Source of the DNA: Promethearchaeota archaeon
Lineage (GTDB): Archaea; Asgardarchaeota; Lokiarchaeia; Sigyniarchaeales; SOKP01
Direction: 5' to 3'
DNA length: 21,304 nt
Assembly: GCA_016930515.1 (NCBI GenBank)
Contig: JAFGGO010000165.1
Location: 1 to 21,304 of the forward strand
Below, one piece after another: positions 9,085 through 17,400 of the stretch; positions within the stretch are counted from its first letter, which is position 1; each line of letters begins with the position of its first letter. A model generated the notes under the pieces. It was not told the origin of the DNA and ran no database searches. It saw only the letters and a program-made list of their open reading frames with translations. The translations under genes were made by a program, and so were the position numbers.

Positions 9085-10242
9085 TCAAAGAGGGAGTGTA
9101 AAATAGAAAGTAGAACCACAATTTCTTCCTTTTGATTTTACCCATATTCTGCCACCATGTAAATTGATGATCTCTTTTGAAAGGTAAAGACCTAGCCCAG
9201 TACCCTCAGAATTTTTATTTGAATCGTGGATATTAGTAATCCGACTAAATTTTTTAAATAATTTATCCAAGTCTCTGCTATCTATTCCAAGACCTGAATC
9301 TGATATTGAGAATTTCACGAAAGTATCGTTTGAGGTTATTTGAAGCTTAATATTACCTTTAGGGGGAGTAAATTTAACTGCATTTGAAATAAGATTAATG
9401 ATAACTCGCTCTATTTTATCTTGATCTGCGTTCAGGATCATGCTTTGAGGAAAATCCAATATTATCGATTGAAATTTCTTATCTGCTAAATATTTCATCG
9501 AATTCACGCAATTCATGGATATTTTTATCAAATCTAGCTGTTCTTTATTAATAGAAGCAACATTAGATTCTATTTGAGAGTTATCAAGCAGATTATCCAT
9601 CAAAGTTTTAAGACGTTGACATCCATTATTGAGTATATTAATAATATCTTGAAATTCTGGATCATTAGTCATTTTTTTACTATAAAGTTCGTTTAGCAAT
9701 TGAACGGCGGCGTGAACAGAAGTAAGGGGCGATTTTAACTCGTGAGCGGCTATATCCATAAACTCTTTACGAAGTTGTTCCATTTCTTTAAGCTTTTTAT
9801 TTTCCTTTTTAATCGTTCTTTCAGATGTTTTAAGTTTTTCTTCTTTCGTTTTTTGTTTGTTAATATCTTGAGTTAATATTTGAATAAATTTTTCTTCTCC
9901 GACTTGTAATAAGGTTGCCATGACAGTAACCCAAATGGATTTTCCAGTTTTTTTTTGGATTTTAAGGTTATATGAACCCTTAAAATTCCCCTCTTTTACT
10001 GATTCATATAATTTAATTAAATTCTCTTTAAATAAAGATCCAACAGCTGGAACTTCTAAAAAGTGTTTTCCAATTGATTCTTTTTTTGGATACCCCCATA
10101 TTTCTTCGCTAACAGAATTTGTATCAACTATTATACCATCCATATCAATAAGAGTAATTGATACAGGAGAATGATCAAAAATGATTTTATAGTTTGAATC
10201 GAAATTTTTCTGAGATTCAGAATTATTTTTTGGAGATATCAT
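9085..10242 (-). CDS. Cytoplasmic PAS-domain sensor histidine kinase (HisKA + HATPase_c)
   Basis: N-terminal PAS (IFDHSPVSITLIDMDG...WGY), H-box AAHELKSPL, N-box NLISNAVKFT, G1 DSGLGI, F box LFKKF, G2 GTGLGL. No TM segment. Confidence 0.93.
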   Translation of the reverse strand: MISPKNNSESQKNFDSNYKIIFDHSPVSITLIDMDGIIVDTNSVSEEIWGYPKKESIGKHFLEVPAVGSLFKENLIKLYESVKEGNFKGSYNLKIQKKTGKSIWVTVMATLLQVGEEKFIQILTQDINKQKTKEEKLKTSERTIKKENKKLKEMEQLRKEFMDIAAHELKSPLTSVHAAVQLLNELYSKKMTNDPEFQDIINILNNGCQRLKTLMDNLLDNSQIESNVASINKEQLDLIKISMNCVNSMKYLADKKFQSIILDFPQSMILNADQDKIERVIINLISNAVKFTPPKGNIKLQITSNDTFVKFSISDSGLGIDSRDLDKLFKKFSRITNIHDSNKNSEGTGLGLYLSKEIINLHGGRIWVKSKGRNCGSTFYFTLPL

Positions 10243-10283
10243 TTTAGTAACAATTAATCATTAATCTAACTTTAGTCTAATAA

Positions 10284-10390
10284 GAACAAGTCATTGAAAG
10301 CTTTTTAACATGCTTTTATTTATTCTTGTTCGTACCATCCTCAAATATTAAAAATAAATAGTTTTTTGTTCGAGTACTTTCTTGAACAAG
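10284..10390. promoter_or_regulatory. Four TTGTTC/GAACAA half-sites upstream of the histidine kinase (putative operator cluster)
   Basis: GAACAAG 10284-10290, CTTGTTC 10325-10331, TTGTTC 10366-10371, GAACAAG 10384-10390. Confidence 0.35.
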
Positions 10391-10425
10391 TTAAAAATCG
10401 ATATATTAGGAAAAAAAATTAAATA

Positions 10426-11928
10426 CTAATTTAAGTGATATTGCCTGAAATGATTGTATCGAACTAATGCTTCAAAGCATTTCGTTGGTTGATCCCATAA
10501 ATCAAAAATGGGAATTCCGTTTCTTAAAAACATTTGATTCATGCTGGTTTCGTATGGTTGTGGTCCTATATAAAAAATAGGAATCTTTAACCTTCGTATC
10601 ATGTTTTTAATGCGTAGGATTACCAATTTTTCAATTGTTTCGTTGATATTTAGTAGTGCTTTATTTCTTAAAGGGATAATCTTATTGACGATATCCATGA
10701 TTTCCCTAAAATCAAAAACGCCATATATGAAGATACCATCAATCTCACCAGATTTTGCTAAAATTTTAGGATATTTTAAATATAACTTGCTTAAATCCAT
10801 ATCAAATGTAACATCTATCGGATTGTTCACGCTTCCGGTTGGAGGAACATAAGTTCGAAGTTTTTCTTGTAATTTATTTGAGAACTCGGGAACAGATAAT
10901 CCATAAATTTCTGAAGCTTTCGTCATCATCGCTCCAGCACCTCCAGAATCTGTAATTATGGCAACACGATTTCCAGATGGAAAGATATTATTTTTTTTTG
11001 CCCAAGAAAAAGTACCTAAATAATATAGGAAATCAGTTATTGTATTTGACGAGATTATTCCTGTTTTTTTGAACACGGCTTCAAAAATTTCTTGGCTCCC
11101 ACCAATCGATCCCGTATGACTCATGATAGAACGCGTAGCTGCCTCAGTACCACCCGCGTATATCGCTACTATCGGTTTTTGTTTCGAAACTTCTTTAGCT
11201 AACTTGACGAACTCTTGTCCTCTTTTTATTTCCTCTATGTACAATCCAATTACATCGGTTTGGGGATCGTCTTTTAAATAACTAAGAATATCTACGATAT
11301 CAACATTTCTTTCGTTTCCATTTGAGAAAGATTTACCGATTTTTATTCCTAATCTTCGAGCATGCCAAGCCAAGTGGCACGCAATCGTTCCCGATTGACT
11401 GGTTATTGATATATTTCCCCTTTCAGGAACCTGACTAATCCACATGGTGTTAAGATAAAGGCAATTTTTATTATTACCCCCATACCAGCCGTTATATACA
11501 CCCAAACAATTAGGACCGATAAATCTCATGGAATATTTTTTAGCAATCTTATCTATTTGATGCGACAAGATTTTGCCATCAGATCCAGATTCTCTAAAAC
11601 CTCCTGATGTGATAATTAAATATTTAACGCCCTTTTCACCACATTCTTCCATTACTTTTGGGACAGCAATTGGAGGTAAAATAATAAATGCCAATTCAGG
11701 TATTTCGGGCAACTCAAGAACTGACCTATAGGCTTTACGCCCTTGAATTTCTTTTAATCTAGGATGAATTGGATAGATAGCACCTTCAAAACCACCCGTT
11801 ATTATATTATGTAGTTGCATTGAACCCATTGTATTTAAAACATCGTTGTTCGCTCCAAAAACGCAAAGAGAATTGGGAAAGAGGAATTTATGTAAAAAAT
11901 GATTGCTAATCAATTTAATTATTTCCAA
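10426..11928 (-). CDS. acdA: Acyl-CoA synthetase (NDP-forming), alpha subunit
   Basis: CoA-binding N-domain (FPNSLCVFGA, YPIHP, GGFRESG, RFIGPNCLG), SQSG, phospho-His motif SHTGS, DSGGAG, NNPIDVT. No ATP-grasp domain. The TTG start is uncertain. Confidence 0.85.
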   Translation of the reverse strand: MEIIKLISNHFLHKFLFPNSLCVFGANNDVLNTMGSMQLHNIITGGFEGAIYPIHPRLKEIQGRKAYRSVLELPEIPELAFIILPPIAVPKVMEECGEKGVKYLIITSGGFRESGSDGKILSHQIDKIAKKYSMRFIGPNCLGVYNGWYGGNNKNCLYLNTMWISQVPERGNISITSQSGTIACHLAWHARRLGIKIGKSFSNGNERNVDIVDILSYLKDDPQTDVIGLYIEEIKRGQEFVKLAKEVSKQKPIVAIYAGGTEAATRSIMSHTGSIGGSQEIFEAVFKKTGIISSNTITDFLYYLGTFSWAKKNNIFPSGNRVAIITDSGGAGAMMTKASEIYGLSVPEFSNKLQEKLRTYVPPTGSVNNPIDVTFDMDLSKLYLKYPKILAKSGEIDGIFIYGVFDFREIMDIVNKIIPLRNKALLNINETIEKLVILRIKNMIRRLKIPIFYIGPQPYETSMNQMFLRNGIPIFDLWDQPTKCFEALVRYNHFRQYHLN

Positions 11929-11982
11929 TAAGATAATTTTTAGTTTAATTCAAATAATTAAGTAAATTAAAGTTTAAATTTG

Positions 11983-12010
11983 AATTTTTAGCATAAAAAA
12001 GCTAAAAATT
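11983..12010. promoter_or_regulatory. Perfect 10-bp inverted repeat in the divergent acdA/GTPase promoter region
   Basis: AATTTTTAGC-ATAAAAAA-GCTAAAAATT. The repeat is seen directly; a regulatory function is inferred. Confidence 0.4.
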
Positions 12011-12178
12011 TGATTTCCATTCTGCTAACAAGAATCCGATTTTGATCAATAAAAGAAATATATATTTTCAAAATTATCAAACTAAAGATTAATATTTTAG
12101 AAGAATCATGTATTTAACAATTTAAATCTATTAAAAGAATAAATTACTATAAAAAAATATAGATCTCCATTAGTTCTG

Positions 12179-12709
12179 ATGACAACTAAAGTCCTTTTCA
12201 AAATAATTGTTGCAGGTGACGGGGGTGTAGGAAAGACGACATTGTTAAAGAGATTTGTAGATGGAACATTCGATATAAACACTAAAATGTCTATTGGGGT
12301 TGATCTCCATCAAAAATATGTAACTATTGGAGAAAATTTTACATGTAATCTCATGATATGGGATTTAGGTGGACAAGAACAATTCCGATTTCTCCTTGAT
12401 AGATTTATAGATGGCGCAAGCGGTGCTTTATTAATGTTTGACATGACAAGAGTGCAAACACTATACAATCTTGACGAATGGATCAAATTATCCCGAAGCC
12501 AAGATCCTAACTTGCCCTGCGTTCTCGTCGGAGGAAAAGAAGATTTAATGATGGATCAATTTTACGCAGAAGATAAAGCCATTCAATACATGGAAGAAAA
12601 TAACTTGTTGGATTACATAAGAACCTCGTCTAAAACGGGCGATAATATAAACGAGGCAATCGAAATTTTAGTTAGAGGCATTTTAAAATATAAAAATATA
12701 GCATTTTAA
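12179..12709 (+). CDS. Ras-superfamily small GTPase, Rab-like (Asgard type)
   Basis: G1 GDGGVGKTT, G2 region MSIGVDL, G3 WDLGGQE, G4 GKED, G5 SSK followed by TGDNI. No prenylation motif. Confidence 0.93.
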   Translation: MTTKVLFKIIVAGDGGVGKTTLLKRFVDGTFDINTKMSIGVDLHQKYVTIGENFTCNLMIWDLGGQEQFRFLLDRFIDGASGALLMFDMTRVQTLYNLDEWIKLSRSQDPNLPCVLVGGKEDLMMDQFYAEDKAIQYMEENNLLDYIRTSSKTGDNINEAIEILVRGILKYKNIAF

Positions 12710-12734
12710 TCGAAATTTTAATAACATAAAATAT

Positions 12735-13223
12735 TTAATTTTTGCCAGTCGAACCAAACCCTCCTAGCCCTCGATCTGAAGCAGGAAGTTCTTCAATTTC
12801 TTCAAAATCATAATCATGCATTTTTCCAAGAATGATTTGGCATATTCTTTCACCTTTCTTTAGAGTAACCTCTTTATTTGATAAGTTAACGACAATTGCC
12901 ATCCATTCGTTCCTATACCCCGCGTCAATAGTACCAGGCGTGTTAAGAATGGAAATACCATCCCATAAAGCTAAACCACTTCTTGGAACGACTCGGAAGT
13001 AATAACCTTCGGGAATAGCTGTTGCAAACCCTAAAGGACATCCAACTCTCTCGAGAGGTTTTAAAGTATACGAATCGGATTCAATCTCAATGAGTTCTTT
13101 TCTTCCATTCTCGTTTATTATTTTTTTAAATCCCATTATTCGAGCGTCTGAACCTGCGTCGCCTTTTTTTGAGGGTCTAACCGGTTCGAATTCAGGTCGC
13201 AAAGGTTTACAAGGTATTTTCAT
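12735..13223 (-). CDS. dut: Trimeric dUTP diphosphatase
   Basis: Five dUTPase motifs: AGSD, PRSGLA, GTIDAGYR, GERICQ, RGLGGFGSTG. Confidence 0.95.
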   Translation of the reverse strand: MKIPCKPLRPEFEPVRPSKKGDAGSDARIMGFKKIINENGRKELIEIESDSYTLKPLERVGCPLGFATAIPEGYYFRVVPRSGLALWDGISILNTPGTIDAGYRNEWMAIVVNLSNKEVTLKKGERICQIILGKMHDYDFEEIEELPASDRGLGGFGSTGKN

Positions 13224-13336
13224 GGTGATTAGGATTATTGAATAATTTTTATATTAATTATTTAAAAAAGCGTAAACCTAAAAAAAAATATTATTAATGA
13301 TTCATTAAACCAAGTAAAAATTAATGGAAGTAAAAA

Positions 13337-13786
13337 ATGATAAAATTAGATAGATACGATCCACGAACCGATAAGGAGGCTTTAAAAGAACTTTTTGACG
13401 ATTTTAACCAAAACTTATCTTATTTTCCGGTTGATTGGGATCAGTTCGAAAACGAACTAAATAGGAGGGTTCTAAAACTCCAATATCGAAACGCAATGAT
13501 TATCGCAAGAGAGGACGATAAAATAGTTGGTTTTGGTACTTTTACAGCGTTTAAAGATCATTTGGGAAGAGATCACGCCTTGGTTCATCAAGTTATGACC
13601 AGAAAAGCTGACGCTTTTAAGAAAGGAATTGAATTCACAATCTTAGAAGAATTACAAAAATATATTAGTAGATCTCTTAATACAAGAAAGTTTTATTATA
13701 GATGCCCAGATAGTGATAATAACTGGAGAAGCTTGCTCATGAAACTGAATCAAAAAAAATCCAAATGTATCTGGTATGAAAATTAG
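13337..13786 (+). CDS. GNAT-fold protein (putative N-acetyltransferase, degenerate motif A)
   Basis: Size and IIAREDDKIVGF strand pattern fit GNAT. The acetyl-CoA loop reads FKKGIE rather than R/Q-x-x-G-x-G. Confidence 0.65.
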   Translation: MIKLDRYDPRTDKEALKELFDDFNQNLSYFPVDWDQFENELNRRVLKLQYRNAMIIAREDDKIVGFGTFTAFKDHLGRDHALVHQVMTRKADAFKKGIEFTILEELQKYISRSLNTRKFYYRCPDSDNNWRSLLMKLNQKKSKCIWYEN

Positions 13787-13830
13787 CTTTAAAATATTCT
13801 TTTTTCTACTACATGATCCAAAGATAAGTA

Positions 13831-13950
13831 TCAGCTTTTTAGGAGGCGATTGTGAATAATGCAACATATTATGACAATGGCTAATAATATGAAAGCTAAA
13901 ACGATGTAAATCCAATAGTTCGACAAAAAGTAATTGATAAGATCATCCAC
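13831..13950 (-). CDS. 39-aa single-pass membrane microprotein (not in ORF track)
   Basis: GTG start at 13950 with GAGGAG SD at 13959-13964 (8-nt spacer). Translation MDDLINYFLSNYWIYIVLAFILLAIVIICCIIHNRLLKS*. It overlaps no recognisable gene. Confidence 0.65.
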   Translation of the reverse strand: MDDLINYFLSNYWIYIVLAFILLAIVIICCIIHNRLLKS

Positions 13951-14054
13951 TATTAATTCTCCTCAAGAGGATTAAAAATATTTTTTAATAAATCATAATC
14001 ATAAATAAATATTGTTATGGAATTATATCATTAATTTATATTATATGCAAAATT

Positions 14055-14065
14055 AAAAAAAAAAA
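14055..14065 (-). terminator. Oligo-T archaeal terminator downstream of the dodecin gene
   Basis: Run of 11 T on the minus strand about 14 nt after the stop codon. Confidence 0.5.
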
Positions 14066-14079
14066 GGATTATTTGAAAA

Positions 14080-14289
14080 TTATTGCGTTTCTAATTGAAA
14101 ATTGACTTGGATGCGAACCCTGTATATCAATTTATCAATATCTTCTTTTACTTTTACATCAGATTCGATTATTTGAATGTTTCTAATGCCTCTCAATGTT
14201 TTTTTCGCTTCAAGATAACCGTTTTTTACGGCATCGGCCCAATTTTGCTCGCTAGTGGCTACGAGCTGGATTGATTTGTATACAGCCAT
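14080..14289 (-). CDS. Dodecin-family protein
   Basis: VYKSIQLVATSEQNWADAV, AKKTLRGI and YRVRIQVNFQL pattern; 69 aa. Confidence 0.88.
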   Translation of the reverse strand: MAVYKSIQLVATSEQNWADAVKNGYLEAKKTLRGIRNIQIIESDVKVKEDIDKLIYRVRIQVNFQLETQ

Positions 14290-14464
14290 AATTCTTTCCT
14301 TTTACACTTTTGTAGTATTACACATGATGATAATCAATTATTTAAATATTACGAGTAGGACGTGAATTTCATAAAGGAATACTTTTTCTAATTTTAATGG
14401 ATTGAAAAGTAAGACTAAACCTATAAGAATAAGTATTAAATACGAAAAGTAATATATCAAACTA

Positions 14465-17400
14465 ATGAAGAAATTCAACGATTTAACGAGATTAACAATA
14501 TTAATTTTAATTTTATTTATAAATTCATTAGTATTCATAGAAGGATATAGAAATCATATAACCAATAATAATTCTCAAAATAATGCCGCATTACAGAAAA
14601 TTGATAATTTAAGCAAATCAAATAATAATTTCATCCAAGATACTCAAAAAATTAATTTAGATATTTTTGATTCTGGATTAAAAGCATATTTTTCTGGAAA
14701 ATACGATATTGAAGAAAAAATATCAATAATAATTATTTTTAACAGCGAGGTTCCTAAAAAAGAAAGAACTTTAATTATAAATAGTCTATTTGATGATATA
14801 AAAATTACTTCGAATTTTAATATCGTCCCCGGTATCGCCCTTGTATGCAATTCTAAGGAATTGTACGATAAAGCAACAATAATAGGAACCAAAGGTTCCA
14901 TACAAAAGATATTTAAAACGAAATTTTATAAGCTATTTGATAACGAGGAGTTCCAAGATAATTTAAATTTAGCACAGTTAGATGAGCAAGATTATTCCAA
15001 TTGGTGGATATCTGCTATAGGAGCCGATAACATTGAATATAACGGTGCGGGAGTGAGAGTTGCCGTAATTGATTCTGGCGTCTATGATCACCCTGATCTT
15101 AATTACGATCCTCTTTTTGACGCCCGAAATTTTGCTGCCAATGAAATCAACGATCATGTTATAAATCCTGATGAGATTGAAGATAAAAACGGACACGGAA
15201 CGCATTGCGCAGGCATAATTGGAAGTAGTGGAGCTTCCTCGCAAGGAATTTATCGAGGAGTGGCTCCAGGAGTAACAATAGTCAACGCAAAGGCGGGAAA
15301 CATTGTTGGTAGTTTGGACGAAGAAAGCATAATAAACGCTATAGAATGGTCCGTTAATCCAATTTTAGGAGACGCCGATGTAATTTCCATGAGTTTTGGG
15401 GGAGGCTATCCAGAGGCGGGTGATCCAATTAGTCTAGCCGTTCAAAACGCAACAAGGCAAGGCGTGGTTTGCGTGGCCTCTGCAGGTAATAGTGGTCCAG
15501 ATTTCTTTACGGGAGGCACTCCTGGAGCGGGTATTTCTGAAATTGCTATTGGAGCTACAAACATAAATAATCAATTAGCCTCATTTAGCAGTCGAGGTCC
15601 AACCTTTTCTTATTTAGGGTTCCCTGATGTCGTGGCACCAGGAGTTAATATCATTTCTACGATGGCTCCCGATACCGTGTTAGCAAAGCGACAGATTTTT
15701 CTTAGCGATTATTTCGATTTTACAGAAAATGCAGACTATATGCCCTTAAGTGGCACGAGTATGGCTTGCCCAATGGTTGCTGGGGCAGCTGCAATATTAA
15801 AAGAGGCTTATCCGTCTATTAATCCAGAGGCAATTCGTATTGCTTTATTGGAAGGAGCAAAAAAACTTTCAAATCAAACAGATGCGCGATCATTATATTC
15901 TGGTGCGGGATTAATCAATGTTTCCGCTTCGCTTGAATATCTAAAAACCTTACAAGAGATTCACGGAAGCGTTAATAGCACCGTTAAAGCGTTTCCTGAT
16001 GTTCTTCCTGTAAAACCATTTGATTTACTTCAATTTCCCGGGGACAAGCAGGAATTCAATATCACTGTAATCTCTGCTATCAACGATGCTTTTACAATAG
16101 ATATCCCAACAGAAAACGATGATGGAGTGGTTTTTAGTATTGATCGCGATGTACTAAATTTTACTCAAAGAGGCGTTAACTTCACTACTTTACTAGTATC
16201 TATTAAAAACGACGCAATTCCAGGACCAAGAATATATTATATAAATATATCAAACGGAGCAGGTATTAACACGACCGTGTCCTTTTCCATAAATGTGTCT
16301 CTTCCAGAACATCGCATATTGATGGAATCTTATCACGGGCTAAACGACATGTTTTTCGTTGATTCGCCCTCAGGAGTTCCTATGGCGAAAACTTCCTATT
16401 ATCAAATGGGATTTTACGAAGCAATGAGCGATATTTCTGCTCGCAACATATCTATAGATTATCTAGCGGAATTTTGGACTCCAAATTACGATAAAAATAC
16501 AAATAATTCTTTCATTACAACAGAGAAACTTTCACAATACGACTTGGTTATCTTACAAAATCCAATTTTACCCTATAGTACCTCGGAGATTGAATCTATA
16601 TCCGAATATTATAGCGAAGGTGGCAACCTTCTCTTTCTAGGAACGCGATATGAAGACATGTGTCTCGAGAGCATAAATTTACTCCTTTCACGTTTAGATA
16701 GCGGCATTCAATTTAACACTGAAAGCATCAGCGATTTAAACCGTGCTGGGTTTTTTAGTACAATTGGAAATTACGATGTAATTAATTTTTCTCTAACCAA
16801 TCCAATCGTTCAAGATATTAGTAACATTTATTGGGAAACGGGAAGTACTTTACAAGTTAACGATATTCTTGCCGATTCGCTTGCTACCAATGAAGGACGC
16901 GATGTCATTGCGGTTCACGATGGGGGCTCACAAAATGGAAATATTGTGGTTTTTGGAAGCTTGGATTGGATGTATTACGATTATAAGAATTCTGATTATC
17001 AAAACGATCACAATCTCTTATTAAATAATTTATTAGACTATTTCTTCCCTTCGAATGACATATCCTTGAACATTAAACTCGCTTCGGAACGAATAAGTAC
17101 AGAAGATTTAGATATTACATTGTACATAAAAAATCAAACTTCTGAAACACCCATCAATGGAACAGATTTTACTTCGCTCGGAGTTACGGTCCAAAACGAT
17201 GGTTATTCAAGTATCATTCAAATGAATATTACAAAAGATTCTTATGGTATTTATTTCAATAATACATTCACGCTTCCAAATCCTAGTCCATTACCCTACA
17301 ACATTATGGCTTCCGTGCTAATTAATGGGCAATTCTTTAACAAATCTACAAAAATCTTATTTTTTAACGATACTAAAATCCCTCTGATCAATGCGCTTAC

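Noticed and set aside
13294-13308. Palindrome TTAATGA-T-TCATTAA between dut and the GNAT gene
   Set aside because: Short, AT-rich and single-copy, so it cannot be distinguished from background.
13831-13848. RLLK at the microprotein C-terminus as an S1P-type (R-x-L-x) cleavage site, or its TGA as selenocysteine
   Set aside because: The motif is predicted to be cytosolic and cleavage would remove only one residue. Read-through adds 13 unremarkable residues, with no redox motif or SECIS evident.
13652-13915. 87-aa minus-strand ORF
   Set aside because: It overlaps the GNAT gene antisense. The 39-aa ORF in another frame has an SD and a coherent TM and explains the region better.
14338-14538. Hydrophobic 66-aa minus-strand ORF
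   Set aside because: It overlaps the protease start and the shared promoter region. Its hydrophobicity is explained by the AT-rich composition.
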